Positions 1-13,796 of a stretch of DNA of 64,000 nucleotides are shown piece after piece. Origin of the DNA: Octopus vulgaris (lineage: Eukaryota); assembly GCA_951406725.2 (NCBI GenBank), contig OX597832.1, forward strand, positions 69,998,001-70,062,000, written 5' to 3'. Made by a program: the position numbers and the translations under genes. Each line of letters begins with the position of its first letter. The first letter of the stretch is position 1. The notes under the pieces are model-generated. The model had not been told where the DNA came from. It did not search any database and was given only the letters and a program-made list of their open reading frames with translations.

Positions 1-99
1 TTCAACTCTCGGTCTCATTCTCTTGCTCTGTCTATGTATCGCTTCTTTGTCTTTCTCTCATTCGCTCTGGCTCCCGCTTTTTCTCTCTCTCTTTCCTTG

Positions 100-1645
100 T
101 CTGTATTTATATATATGTGTGTACATGAATATTTATGTATGCATAGAAAAACATATATGCATTCATGAACACATTTTATACATACATGCGTACATATATA
201 CATACATACACACACATATATATATGCATGCATGTATGTATGTATGTATATATGCATGTATGTATGTATGTGTGTGCCTGTGTGTGTCTGTGTCTGCGTG
301 TTTTGAAGAAACAGTTCAACAATGGTATTCAATGTTTCAATGGCTTACAAGACATCATCAGACTGATTATATTTTTAGCGATGGGGCGGAGACGCTTTAT
401 ATATTTTTGTGGCTGTTCTTTTGTTGGTAGAATGTAGTAAATGGAGATCATATGTGTAAGCAGAGATGAGGATCAATTTTGTTGGAAGAGAATGGAAACG
501 GACCGGAAATAAGTAAGGTGTCACTCGAGGGAAAAAAGATATTTGAGAGAGGTTTTCTGATGTCACGTGAGCTAGCCCCACATTCACTGATAACAGGTTG
601 CAATAGGTCTTATGGCTCAAAGTTAAGATCGGTAGAGAATGTAATTAGTAGAGTAAAATGGAAATAAATCAGCAGACAGTAAGAGGAAAATACTGATTTA
701 TAATTCCACCACACAAAATTTCACGAATCTTCCGACTTTGGCAGGGATTCCATGACAACTACGCCGGTAGACAAAGCACAAGACAAGAAAGAGACAGAGG
801 AAGAGAAAGAAAGGGATTGTTCTATCGTCTAATGCACTCTCCATTTCTTTAAGACAGTAGTGCCTGATTTTTGAGAAACTTGACTGCCGATCACTCACCC
901 ACAAAGGGATACAGTCATTTGCTTACATTCCACCAAGTGTAAAAGCTTCAAGTGTTAGCATCTGCGGTGAAAATACTTCACACTTTCAGTCGCACGTTTC
1001 AATAACACTTTATAACAAATACTTAGGAATTCATAATTTTAATTTAATGAAATCCTTTTCATAATATTAAATATTTGATAAAATATTAAAAACAACTTAA
1101 AAAGAATCCACCGAGTTGTTTTCAATTTATAATTTGTAGAAATGATGGCTGTCATTGTGTGTTTATAAAAGAATCTGAATGATTTTGACTCCATAACGGA
1201 ATGAACGGATAAGATATGGAAACAACAGGGAATTGTCTGAAATATGAGGCTGACAACCTGATATCTTTTGCCGCGTTTGGTTGGAATAATGCACCGCGCA
1301 CGCGCTCGTATGTAAACATTCACACACGCACGCATGCGCGCCTACACGAACACGAGCATGTACTTATACATATGTTTCTTTGATCTGTTATCCATATATA
1401 CATACAGACAGATATATATGTTTATATATGTGTGTATGCGTATGCATGTGTTTATTATATATACACGTATACACGCGCATATATACATATTCATCTATGA
1501 ATCTATTCATCCATATATGATTATATTATGCACACACACATATACACATATATATATATATGAATATATATGTATGTATATGTGTGTCTGCATAATATAA
1601 TCATATATGGATGAATAGATTCATAGATGAATATGTATATATGTG

Positions 1646-1691
<46 letters not shown>

Positions 1692-1862
1692 CACACACAC
1701 ACATACATATACATATATATATATATATGTATGTATATGTATGTGTGTGTGTGTATGTATATATATATATATATGTATATATATATGCGCGCGTGTACCT
1801 ATACATAAACCCAGACATGCGCATTCATTTACATTCATGTGTGTGTGTGTGAAATGTAAACA

Positions 1863-1901
<39 letters not shown>

Positions 1902-2040
1902 CTCTGTGTGTTCGGCATATGTTTATATGCTCACATATACTTGTTTAGTAAATATACTCCGACACACACGCAGACACACGCAGACACACACACACACACA
2001 CACACATACACACACACACAGACACACACACAGGCACGCA
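100..2040. repeat. Region dense in (TA)n/(CA)n/(TG)n/(CT)n microsatellites (mainly 100-300 and 1380-2040)
   Basis: Directly visible dinucleotide runs; overlapping ORFs are poly-YI/HT/CV artefacts. Confidence 0.9.
1478..1643. repeat. Inverted repeat with perfect 55-bp arms (1478-1532 / 1589-1643)
   Basis: catatatacatattcatctatgaatctattcatccatatatgattatattatgca and its exact reverse complement. Confidence 0.9.
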
Positions 2041-2494
2041 CGCCCATTTGTGTGTCTTACTCACTGAAATGGAAAGATATTCCCATATATGAACCATAAG
2101 GAAATAATGTATCTGTTATGAGGATTCAGTAGAAGATGGCGACGCCAACGGAAAAAAAAAACAAAAAAATAAATAAGAAAAACCTTTAGAATTTAGATTT
2201 TCTTTGGGCTTTTTTTTTGACAATATTTAAATAAACTGCAATCACTGAAGAAATACAAAGTCATTAAATAAATACATAAAAAGATGCTGTTTTACATGGA
2301 AAACATCGAAGAATTAACTCATAATGTGTTGGTGGATGAATTAGACTTTTTTTGTGTGTGTTTTAATTTTTCTTTTGTATTTCGTTTGTTCTTTTCCGAA
2401 AATTCTTTCCGTTGTAATCCGGCAATTAACATCATCACCACCACACAACAAACGAAAGCCTCTGCGACCAACACCACCTCCACCCCCATGCCAA

Positions 2495-2951
2495 CGTCAT
2501 CATCATCGTCGTCGTCGTTGTCATCATCATGATCATCCTCATCATAATCACTATCGTCCAAGCAATCCACCACCGGTATCATCGCCATCGCCATTTCCAT
2601 CAACACCACTACCACCACCACCACCACCACCGCCACCACCACCACCACCACCACCACCACACTATCACCGAAATCAACATGACAGCACAGTGACTACTAC
2701 TTCTACTACAGCTACTATCATCATCATCATCATCATCATCATAGTCGTGTCATATTGTCACTACAATCATCATCACCATCACTATCACCATCCCAAACGC
2801 CGTCATTGATATTCATTCTTATCGACATCACAGTAACGGTGGTGGAGGCGGCGGCAGCGGCGCTGATGGTGGCAGTCGTGGTGGCGGCGAGTTTTGTTCC
2901 GAATTTGTTTAATATTGCAGAAACAAAAGATAACGCATATATTTAAACAGA

Positions 2952-3025
<74 letters not shown>

Positions 3026-3140
3026 CATACACACACACACGCATAAAGAGAGCGAGAATGAATGAATGAGAGAAAGAGGGGGGAGAGAAACACACACACA
3101 CACACACACAGAAACACTCACGCTCGTTCACACACACACA
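2495..3140. repeat. (CAT)n/(CAC)n trinucleotide and (CA)n microsatellites
   Basis: Directly visible. Confidence 0.9.
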
Positions 3141-3713
3141 GAGACCATATTTGTCGTTGATATGAATCATCGGTCTAACTTAACCGGCCAATATCGAGTG
3201 GACAACACTTCTCATAGGTTATTGACTATTGACCACGTAGAAACGGAAGAATTTGAACGGAAATGGTCATAAAGGATATAGTTATAGCATTTGTAGCATA
3301 GTTATCAAAAGGTTTCAGTGTCTATGGCTGTTGCTGGAGTGGTGACGAGATCGAGAGAATATGAGACGAACCTCAGTTCGGCAGTTTAGACGGGACGGAT
3401 ATGACGTAGCAACTTCTAGTTGCTGAACGAATCAGTTATATATAATATGTAGAAGAGAGTGAGAGAGATGGGGGAGAGGGGAGAGAAAGACAGAGGAGAC
3501 AGAAAACGAGAAACAGAGAGAGAGAAAAAAGTGCAAGTATGTGAAAGAGTAGGTATTTGTACAATGAAATTATACAAGCACCCAAACACACGCTCACACA
3601 CACATATATATTTATACATACACAGACATACATAAATAATCTATATATCTCTGTTTCTATCTGTCTGTCCGTCTGTCTGTCTCTCTCTGTCTCTGTCTCT
3701 TTCACTCTCTCTG

Positions 3714-3788
<75 letters not shown>

Positions 3789-3837
3789 TATATATAAAGT
3801 TAATCCAAACAAGAAAACAAAAACAAAAAAACAACAA

Positions 3838-3992
3838 CGCAATGACGTGGAACAAATAAAGTATTATTGGACGCTCAGGAAAGAAGGGAAGAAGGAGGGT
3901 TTGACGTTTCTTCGTCGGAAACTTAGGAGAAGGAAAGATCCCGAGAAGGGAAGACAGGGGGAAAAATCGCTAGTGATACAGACGAGGTCACA
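3838..3992 (-). mobile_element. Penelope-like pseudo-LTR fragment with degenerate minimal hammerhead
   Basis: Minus strand reads gttt-CCGACGA-a-GAAA-CG-TC-aaac (stem II missing), then ttcctgagcgtccaataatac, which resembles ttcctgagcgttaaactaatac at ~41561. Confidence 0.5.
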
Positions 3993-4454
3993 TACTAAAA
4001 GACGGAAGTAGTAAAATTAGAAGAATAATGTTTTTTAAAAGACAGGAGACCTATATCAAAGACTGTATGGTAAAGAAAGTGAGAGGGAGAATGTATGTGG
4101 GTGTAGTGTGTGTGGGTGTAGTGCGTGCGGGGAAGTCAGCGTGTGCGCGTGTGTGTGTATGTGTGCAATGATGACACGTGTGTGTGTGCGTGTGTGTGTG
4201 TGTATGGCGAACAACTGACAAGCAGGCTAGTAGTAAGATTTAAGGAGTGTTGTTTATGGTCCAATCGCAGGTCAAAAACAAAGAGTTATGTGTGTGTGCG
4301 TGTATGTATATGTATCGTGTGTGTGTTTTGTTCGTAGTATGTGTGTGTGTATGTGTGTGTTTTTTTCGTGTATGCGTGGAGTTTGGGTGTGTGGCGAGTA
4401 ACTGTGCTTAACTTAGTGTATGTGTGCGTGTGTGCTTGTACGTGCGTGTGTGTG

Positions 4455-4464
4455 TATATATATG

Positions 4465-4503
<39 letters not shown>

Positions 4504-4516
4504 TAGACAGACAGAC

Positions 4517-4589
<73 letters not shown>

Positions 4590-4925
4590 TTTGTATGTGT
4601 TTGTATGTATGCAGGTTTGTTTATTAGCAATTGTATGTATTTTTCATATTGTATCACATGAATGTTTATAGACAGAGAATTAGAAAGGAAATTAAGTCGA
4701 GAGAGAGGGGGAAGAGAGAGAAGGAAATGGAGAGAGATACGAGAGACAATGGCGGAGTCGTAGAGGGAAAGTGAATGAGAGAAAAAAAGAGGAAAATTAA
4801 GAAATATCTAAATACATAAAGAAAGAAAAAGAAAGAAAGAAAGAAAGAAAGAAGGAAAGAAAGATAGAAAGAAGGAAGGAAAGAAAGAAAGAAAGAATGA
4901 AAGAAAGAAAGAAAGAAAGAAAGGA
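4455..4925. repeat. (TA)n, (GATA)n and (GAAA)n microsatellites
   Basis: Directly visible. Confidence 0.9.
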
Positions 4926-5446
4926 AATGAAACACTGTTTCAATGGCGGCGACAGATTGTCCGTGTTATGCGGTCGCAGGGGGATATATAGTTTATAGAT
5001 GGTTTGCTTGCATTCCTCGTGAGATATCGCTCAGTGACTCTCATAGAGCGCGAATTACAGACATTATTATTATTACTACTGTTCTTACTGTTGTTGTTGT
5101 TCTTATTAATTTTGTTGTATTGTATCCGAATCTACAAGTAGAGCAGCTAAGAAGATAATAATAATATGTTGCTATTGTCACCATTGAATGTCCCTTGCTG
5201 AACTAACTGTTTGAATAAATCCTTAAGATATAATTAAACATTTGAGTCGATCTTTCAGTTATCGATTGGAGCACAAAACAAATTTTGAGAAAACGAAAAC
5301 CGATTCGCCATTATGAGAAAACAAATGCAAAAACCAAGACAAAAATATCGTTTTGTAGCGAGGCATTTCATTTGATTGGAAGAATTGGTGCTTATCAGTT
5401 GATACATGCATGCATGCATACATACAGGCATACATATATACAGACG

Positions 5447-5484
<38 letters not shown>

Positions 5485-5485
5485 G

Positions 5486-5533
5486 TACTTGTTTCAGTCA
5501 TTTGACTGCGGCCATGCTGGAGCACCGCCTTTA
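5486..5533 (-). mobile_element. SINE 3' tail fragment
   Basis: Reverse complement of aaggcggtgctccagcatggccgcagtcaaatgactgaaacaagta, seen at the end of the SINE at 13836-14237. Confidence 0.8.
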
Positions 5534-5534
5534 G

Positions 5535-5700
5535 AGTGGTGAAAGAGTACAGCAGGGATCACCACCACCCCCTGCCGGAGCCTCGTGGAGCTTTTAGGTG
5601 TTTTTTTCGCTCAATAAACACACACAACGCCCGGTCTGGGAATCGAAACCGTGATCCTCCGACCGCAAGTCCGCTGCCCTAACCACTGGGCCATTGCGCC
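5535..5700 (-). mobile_element. tRNA-derived SINE, 5' part (octopus OK-like)
   Basis: Minus strand GGCGCAATGGCCCAGTGGTTAGGGCAGCGG (A box) ... GGTTTCGATTCCC (B box); same family as 55672-56052. Confidence 0.8.
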
Positions 5701-5834
5701 CAGTGTGTGTGTGTGTGTGTGTGTGTGTATACATACACTTGAACACATATACATAGGTAAGCATATACATACATGTGTATGGTTGTGTGTTTGTGTGTGT
5801 ATATGTTCTTTTATTTTTTAAACTTTTACATGCT

Positions 5835-5962
5835 TCATTCATTTGACTGCAGCCATGCTGGAGTACCGCCTTAAAGCTTCTTAGGCGGAAAATCGAGCCC
5901 AGGACTTATTTTTGTAAACCTTGCGCTTAACATCAGTTTTAATAATTATTCTATCGGTCTTT
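5835..5962 (-). mobile_element. SINE 3' tail fragment (degenerate)
   Basis: catttgactgcagccatgctggagtaccgcctt ... ttctatcggtcttt matches the reverse complement of the 14120-14220 region. Confidence 0.7.
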
Positions 5963-8900
5963 ACACATTTATTATATGTAAAAAAACGCGGAAGGTATTA
6001 CTTGTAATATTTTGTCTCACTGAAATTTCTCAGGGAAACTTTTCTCTTAGATACACAGAAGACTGATGAATCCCCAGATATTGTGGTTGTACCTGATTTG
6101 ATTTGCTCAATGACAAATACCCTAACACATTCTGAGTTTATTTTCAAACACGAGAAGACAAAAATGCTGCATCCAGGTCACACGACCTGCCTGCTTTAAA
6201 TTGTGACGGAAAATTCTTCATATCAACCCTTGTCACCTTTAAAGAAAGAAAGGGAAAGAACGAGTTTCAAATAATTACATAACTGTTATGTCCTAGTGGC
6301 ATTTACCCAGCTTCTTCCGTTCTAAGTTCAAATTCCTCGATGAAGTATTTTGATCTTTCGTTATTCCGGTATTGAAGTATAAAGTATTTATGCTGGACTT
6401 TGGAATGATGGAATAATTAGAGCGTCCATCGGAAATGCATTGCGATTTTGTTCCAGGTTTTGTCTTCTGGGATCAAATTCCACTGTGTCCTACATAGGGC
6501 GGGGAGAGTAGTCCTAAAATTTTGTCCAGTTTAGCATCACTGCCAGGTCATTTGGTGCTTTTATCAGTGTCCATTCTGTCGGAAGCAATTCGGCCCAGAT
6601 CTCCCATCTATCTCGGAACCCTGCAAAGAACCATGGACACGTTTCTTTCTCTCTGATTGAGCAGTAAAAACGAAAAAAATAAATCTACTCGTTCCGACTT
6701 GAACGAGGCGATACAACAACAACATTCTGAAATACAAAGCAGTGGCTTTCATTCATGGCTGCTTTCAGCTTTATTAACCAGCTTTAACCGAAGATTGAAC
6801 CCGAGTCATAAATTTTATGCATTTTTTAATTGCCTTCTAAAACATAGTTTTGCATTTTAGAATTTTATCCCCAAAATTAACATAACGAAATCACGAATGA
6901 CTCATTCATTATCTCTCTTCCCCTTTCTCTCTTTCTCTCTCTTCCACCGTTTCTGTTTCTCCCTTTCTCTCTCTTCCACCGTTTCTGTTTCTCCCTTTCT
7001 CTCTCCTTTCCTCTCTTCTTTCTCTCTGCACTTAAAAATAAACATGTAATATGTATCTAAAATTGCTGTTATTCACTTCCAAGCGATTATTAATCGATCA
7101 TCCCTATCAGAGCAACTTATTCCTTTTTTCAGTCATAGTATATATTGGACTACATTGAGTTATGTCCGTTCTATTTTTGAAACAATTGGATGTCCTATGA
7201 AAGAGATTGTCCACGAATACGACCCAGTGTAACAACTACACACACACAGATATATTCATTTGTTGGTAGGGTCCACAATGACGGCTTCAACTATTTAGCG
7301 CATATGTGGGGTATATTGATAATGCCTGAACCCTCTCTTTTAACCCAGGTCATCCCTTATTAAATAGACTTATGGTAAAAGACGTTCCAACTGTGATCAT
7401 GGCATTTACTATATACAGTACGACTTCATCAGTCACTGAGCACGTTTCTTTTTTCTTTCAAATTAGTGAGGAAGGCTTAAGGGAGTATTAAATTTGCTAC
7501 TATTTCTGGTAAATCAACTTACCACGTATAGGATCCCTGATTGGCTTGAACTTCTCAAAACTACATCGTCTCGCAGGTGTTACATTCAACACTGAAAATC
7601 GAGACACCGTTAAATCTCCAGTGCTGCCACTTCTCACAGCTCTGAACTGTTAACGCTCGATAGAATGCGACATTGGTCGTTAGATAATTTGACCTCAGTG
7701 TTTACAATAGACCACTTGTAACTAGATAGAAAAAAAGAGAAGGAACTATCACACAATTAGCTACTTTTTCACCACACTACCATACTATATAAACTCACTG
7801 AGCTGTAACACAATACACAGAGAACTTGGTTCTTTTCCAAATCAAAGAAAATTGAGTTTGCAATGTAACTGACATGATTCCATCAACCAGATGAATCTTC
7901 GATAACGTTCTGTCGATGGTGTTTAAAGCTAACCGAATTAAACACATTTCACTTCCTATGGTATACATTATTCATTTCCAAAGAGCACAGAGGTGACAGA
8001 CTTCGTTCTAAGTGACATTACTGTGTTTTGTCATATATTGCTTGTCTGTCGATTTAAAACTTAATGCACTTGTGTTGTTTCCTCAAGTAGATTCCTAGCA
8101 TTCTTTCACACTGCACAGTAAAACCACAATTCTCAAATTATGCTAAACTGTGCTGGGTGTCGTTTCAACACCTGCCGACCAATTTCTAAATCAACTTATC
8201 GAATCTTAGCAACTCTGCAATGCCGTAAACTGATAGGAATCCATATCCTAATGGAACTTTGTCTCTCAAGTCTAGACAATCTTCTTTTATATACCAGACA
8301 TCTGGTTTGCAAACGACTAACACGCCACTCAGGAACAGGTGCTGAGGACTCTACAGTCAACGACACAACTATACACCCAGTGCTGATAGATAATCATTAT
8401 ACGACGTTATTGTTCAACGAATGGCGATACTTCAATCGGTAATGGAGATAACCTTCATAGTGGCATAAATGTGTGTGTATGAGCGCTCGCGCATACGTGT
8501 GTGAGTGTGAATTAGCAATAGAAAACACACTTATTTTGCAGGAATATATCGATATTTTTCCACAGACGAAAACATTGTTCAATAGAAAATGTCAAAACAA
8601 TTACAACATCGATTACATGTAAAAATATTAACATTTAATTCGTTAAGCAATTTTATTTTGTTGTTATTCTTGCCGCCGCCGCCGACGACGACGACGATGA
8701 TGTTGATGATAGTGCTCATTATTTTTATATATCACATGTACATTGGTTTCTCTTTTAATATATTTTATTACTATGCAATGCTCCGGTCTGCTTTGGTCTG
8801 GTTGCTTCGGTATGGAGGAAGGATATTATTAATGGTTGTCGTAGGCCCACTGCAGCAGAAAAAATTAAATTTAGTACGATTTCTCTTATCAATAACGATG

Positions 8901-10424
8901 CTGTTTCAATTCCTACTCGAAGCAGTTTCTGTCACGAATACTTTTCCAAAAGCTTTCGCTTCACATAGTTGAGGTCAATAATCACAACCATAAATATAAG
9001 CATTTCCCGGTCAACGAGAAACCATAAAGTATATTTAGTCTGTTTATTGTTGCTATTCCTATTACTGCTGTTTAACCTCACGTTACTCCCAGAAAAGGAG
9101 ATCAAAGACAATCAATCCGTGGCTATCCTGTCTGTTTATCACACATTATTGTTCTAGAACTACATTATGAAATGCACCATTTTCTTTTCAAGACGGAATA
9201 TGCAATTAAAGACAGATTTAATTTAGTTGTTGTTTCCATATTGCTATTGTTTTTTATTGTTGTTCTGGTTGCTGAGAACGTTGCTGTTGCCGCATGGTTA
9301 TAATCGTCAGTGTCGTCGCATTGGTTTCATTCACTTCCAGAACTGCTTAATGGAACCATACTATACCTTCAACTGTAAAATGTCATCTTAAAAGTCCTCT
9401 TGTATTCTTCAAATCGGTTCTTTGTGTATTCTGTGTTCAAATGCTTTTCTTGCAGGTTTTGTCTTTCATCTCTCGTCAGGTTACTTAAAGTAATATTCAG
9501 TTGAATATGAGAGTTAATTAAATCGATTACAAGCGCTGCCATTGTACTGCTTAAAATATTCGATACCTTTAAAAATCAGTATTTATTAGTTGTAGAGCAG
9601 TCGATTAGAAGAATTGGTAGTGCGCTGGTATGAGAATAATGGAAGGGAATAAATAGCAAAACAATGAGAAATAAGTGACAAAAAGCAAAATAAAACAAAA
9701 GAATAAAATGGAGTGTGGGTTATAGCAAGAACATCAGCAATTTCGACAACCTAGCAAGCATAAAATCCATCATTTTTGACAGGTACTATGTTAGTTGGAA
9801 TCATAATCACAATACAAATTAAAACTCGGCTTTTACTCTAGAGGACTGAATGATATGTAGCAATACTGAATTGTTTGGAAAAACGTAATATTTTTATCTA
9901 CGTTCAGGAATTTAGATATAAAATGAACTGGTGTTGGTTTTGTATGATGTCAGTTCGTGTACTTACAGAATACGTCTTACTGTTTCATGACTCCCAAGAT
10001 ATCCAATATATAAATATTGAATTTCTGCAAATCCGAGCCTATTTAAGGAATTGATTCACATGCGGACTAAAATAGAGAGAAATTCTGTAGACCTATTTCG
10101 GGAGGTGGGTTTAGATATTAAAAGGGGATTTACTAGAAAACTTGATTCAATGCATTGCCACACAGACATTCAAACATACATCAGCAGGTATACTTACACA
10201 TATTTCTTGTATATATAAATATATCCACACACAAGCACGTGCGTGTATTTTGCACAGAAATGTATAATTATATACACACTGTAAAAGCATATATGTGCGT
10301 GTATGTATATATATATAGATTCACAGTAAAAGCATATATATATATATATATATAATAAATGTATTTGTATTCATGCATATGTATAATATATACAAATATT
10401 TACATGTGTGTGTCTGTGTGTGTT

Positions 10425-10455
<31 letters not shown>

Positions 10456-11087
10456 ATGTATATATATATATATACATGATCACGAACATACAGTAACCTT
10501 TATTTTGTTCCTAGTGATTATCTCGTCTCCGTATAAACCGTGGAAATGACGCTCCTTCAGATATAACTAATTCCGTTCTCCTGCCACTAATTCAGCCAAT
10601 CCTACAACTCTTACAGAAAAACGCTAAACGTCTTTAATCTGATCTGTGTCATGAGCTCCATTCTCCAACACACACCTGACGCCTCTTTATATAAACCTTT
10701 TATCTATTCGGCAAGCGGGGCTTCCAGCTATAAATTACTGACATGGATCACATTAACCTTCTACGGATTTCTATAGAATTACACGTGCTTGTATGAAGAG
10801 CAGTCAGAATTCAATCGAATTCCATTCCACTGTCTTCACGAAGGAAGGACACATTTGATAATGTGAATTTAGATGTTGCCTTCTATGATTTTAAAAATAT
10901 AAATACAAGGATGTAACTGTAAGATCTTCCTCATTATGCGCTTGTAGCATTGAAGTGGGATTTGGAGCGCAGGAAGAAAGGTTGTAACAAAAGATTAAAT
11001 AGATTTTAAGTGTGCTATATTAATTCAACCTGCTTATTTATAAGTTCAGGCATATGTATATGGAATTGCCGAAAAGTTCATGGATTT

Positions 11088-11140
11088 AGGTAGGTAGGTA
11101 GGTAGGTAGGTAGGTAGGTAGGTAGGTAGGTAAGTAGGCA
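11088..11140. repeat. (GGTA)n microsatellite
   Basis: Directly visible. Confidence 0.9.
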
Positions 11141-11355
11141 GGCATGGGTGTACATGTATTCATGCATAAATCATTCTTTTATCATTAAGAGTAATTTCAG
11201 AAATGCGTGGGCCACGCGTGTAATACCTCCATCGTGTTGAACAATTGTAATCGTAATACAAATATACTTGTCTACACACATTCAAATACATATCCATGAT
11301 AGTACCTGTTTATCCCTCTACACACTTATATTTATGCGTCTAATTATTTGGCCTG

Positions 11356-11394
<39 letters not shown>

Positions 11395-12309
11395 CTCTTT
11401 CTTTCCCTCGTTATATATATTGTGTTCTTGAAAATTGACTCGCTATTGACTTTCATGATTAAGCTCAGCATCAAATGTTTCCCAGTTGCCAACAGTATTT
11501 CATGTAAAAAATATATACCATATACATCTGTGTGTGTATGTATATGTGTATGTATATTTGTATGTACGTCCACCAATTATAAAAACTAATAAAATTTACA
11601 TTAAAGTGATAGGAAATTTAAAATTATCTCTTGGGGAAATGGTCAAACTTTAAATTCATAAACAATTAAATGATAAATGGGAGTCTGTGTCATAAAAATG
11701 CCACCAAGTAGCACACACCACCATCACCACTATAGCCACCTTCACTACTACTATCACAACTGCTACCACTACTACCACTACTTCCATTATCAACACCACC
11801 ATTCGCCACTACCACAATCCCCCACCGCCACCATTCGCCACCACCACAATCCCCCATCGCCACCATTCGCCACCACCACCATTGTCATCATCGCAATCAC
11901 AACCACTCTTAGTCATGTTGTTTCCAAACAATTCCATCAAATGAAGCCAGAAGAAAAATACTAATTTCGGTTGCCGTTGTTTACGAAATCGCAATCGTTG
12001 TCTTCTTTGTTGATTTTGTTGTTGATGTTGTCGTTTATATTTGTGCGACAAATCAATTTCAACCACGAGTATTTCCACAATGTTCTCTTTGATCAAACTC
12101 ATAATGAAAGGTGCTCCGGCCACGAAAGTTTCACCTATATTAGTTTCCAGACAATCTCTTTCTACATGTGTTCCGGAAGTTTACTTAATAATTTGTCCTA
12201 CAATAAGAGCTTTCCCGGGCGTTCACATCTATGTGCTTTCCTTTTCCATACTAGATTATTCCATATGTGTTTAGATTCTTTTCTCGACAGCTGTTCCTGA
12301 GAAAGTATT

Positions 12310-12480
12310 GGGCCTAGTGTGTAGAGTTGTAGGATCGCGGTTATGATTCCCGGTCCGAACAGTGCATTTTGTTCTTGAGCGAAACCCTTCACTTCATGTT
12401 TGTCCATTCCACTCAGCTATAAATGAGTTTAAACAATTGCTGGCGAAGTGACCCTGCCACGGACCGACGTCACCTTCAAG
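12310..12480 (+). mobile_element. Degenerate tRNA-derived SINE
   Basis: B-box-like ggttatgattcccgg followed by tgttcttgagcgaaacccttcac...ccactcagct core-like segment. Confidence 0.5.
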
Positions 12481-13081
12481 AAGCCTCCTAGTGTTGTTAT
12501 GTCAATCACTTAGACCTTTGGTAATCATGTGGTACTCAGTCCCTATTAGGCTGGTGACAAACCGAAGTTTATGGTTTGACAGATTTGTTATCTTCATAAC
12601 AAGTCGAACCATATTTTAGGACTTGTCACCTTGTCGTTTACAGATGCTCTCATACATACTCTAACGTATCGAAACGGAAACCGAGTAACGACGGGACAGC
12701 GCTCGACTACTGAAGCCGGCCGCGACTCTGCTATGAGATTCCATTGGTTATATGTATTCTTATGAGTTGTGTCACTTACTGTCTCGTTTACCTAGAGATT
12801 GTAAGTGGCACAACTCATTCACCTCAGACAAAATGTATCTTGAGGATGAAATTTATCATCAACAATCTACAAATACAGCTGTGGTAATTGCAAGGTCCAA
12901 AGATCGAAGTGTAGGAAGAAAGTGAACTTCAAACAATCCGTAGAAAATATAAAACGACATTATTGGTGCAGAACGTTGTGAATTCTTACCATATCGAAAT
13001 ATGATGAGCTGAAAAAAATTGTTATATTTCATGTTTGGCTGCCAGGTTTGCCAGGTATGTTAATAAAATTCCAAAAGTTAA

Positions 13082-13382
13082 GGAATAGAGTGGATAATAT
13101 CCGAATTACATGTTTCATAGAGAGCGGAACTTCGGAGATGGTAAATATCCGAGCGAACTGTATAATGCAGGCTACTCTTCAGGCCAAGGAAATCTTGATT
13201 ATTCTGATCGAATCCTCCGTTTGTTAACATGTGCCTCCTTATAAGAACGTAAAATTGATTCAATCAAGATACCTTTGGTCTGACGCGTATCCTGCGGTAT
13301 ACACCTCGCTTGGATATTCATTACTTCCGTGGTTCTGCTCGCTATGATACATATGTAGCCTGGATTTTATCTACTCCATTCC
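13082..13382. mobile_element. Non-autonomous TIR element (MITE), Kolobok-like
   Basis: TTAA|GGAAT...ATTCC|TTAA termini; ~90-bp imperfect inverted arms (13082-13171 vs 13291-13382). Confidence 0.7.
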
Positions 13383-13394
13383 TTAACTCTTGAA

Positions 13395-13796
13395 TAGCAA
13401 TTGCTGGTGCTGGTAAGTACCTTTCGTTACTTTTATGACCTCTATTCATTTAGCCTTTAGGTTCAAATTGCTAATAAGCCACCCATTTAATTTGTTGTTT
13501 ACATTTTTATCCCTTTGAAAATCAGCACATATTTTCACCGGTTTTTCTGACACAGTTAGTTGAGCTTAAGCCAAGGGGTTAAGAGTCGCTGACGAGGATT
13601 AAGATGTTATGCATCAAAATCCGAAATCGTTCGATCCGACTGCGTACGCTGGGGAATTACCTGCCCTTGTCAGTTATTAAGCACAATGCTTGTTTCTAGC
13701 AATGGCTGATGCTGGTCAGTACCTTCTGTCACTTTTGTGACCTGTATTAATTTTGCCTTTAGGTTCAATTTTCTAATAAGCCACACATTTAATTTG

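Noticed and set aside
4200-4250. YGEQLTSRLVVRFKEC, resembling a GIY-YIG segment
   Set aside because: Very short, adjacent to (TG)n, and on the opposite strand to the nearby pLTR.
5620-5700. tRNA gene-like sequence (also at 55675-55745 and 13836-13905)
   Set aside because: A and B boxes continue into SINE bodies and there is no proper cloverleaf acceptor stem.
6931-6994. 32-bp tandem duplication (and a 28-bp one at 56859-56912)
   Set aside because: Ordinary local slippage duplications with no sign of function.
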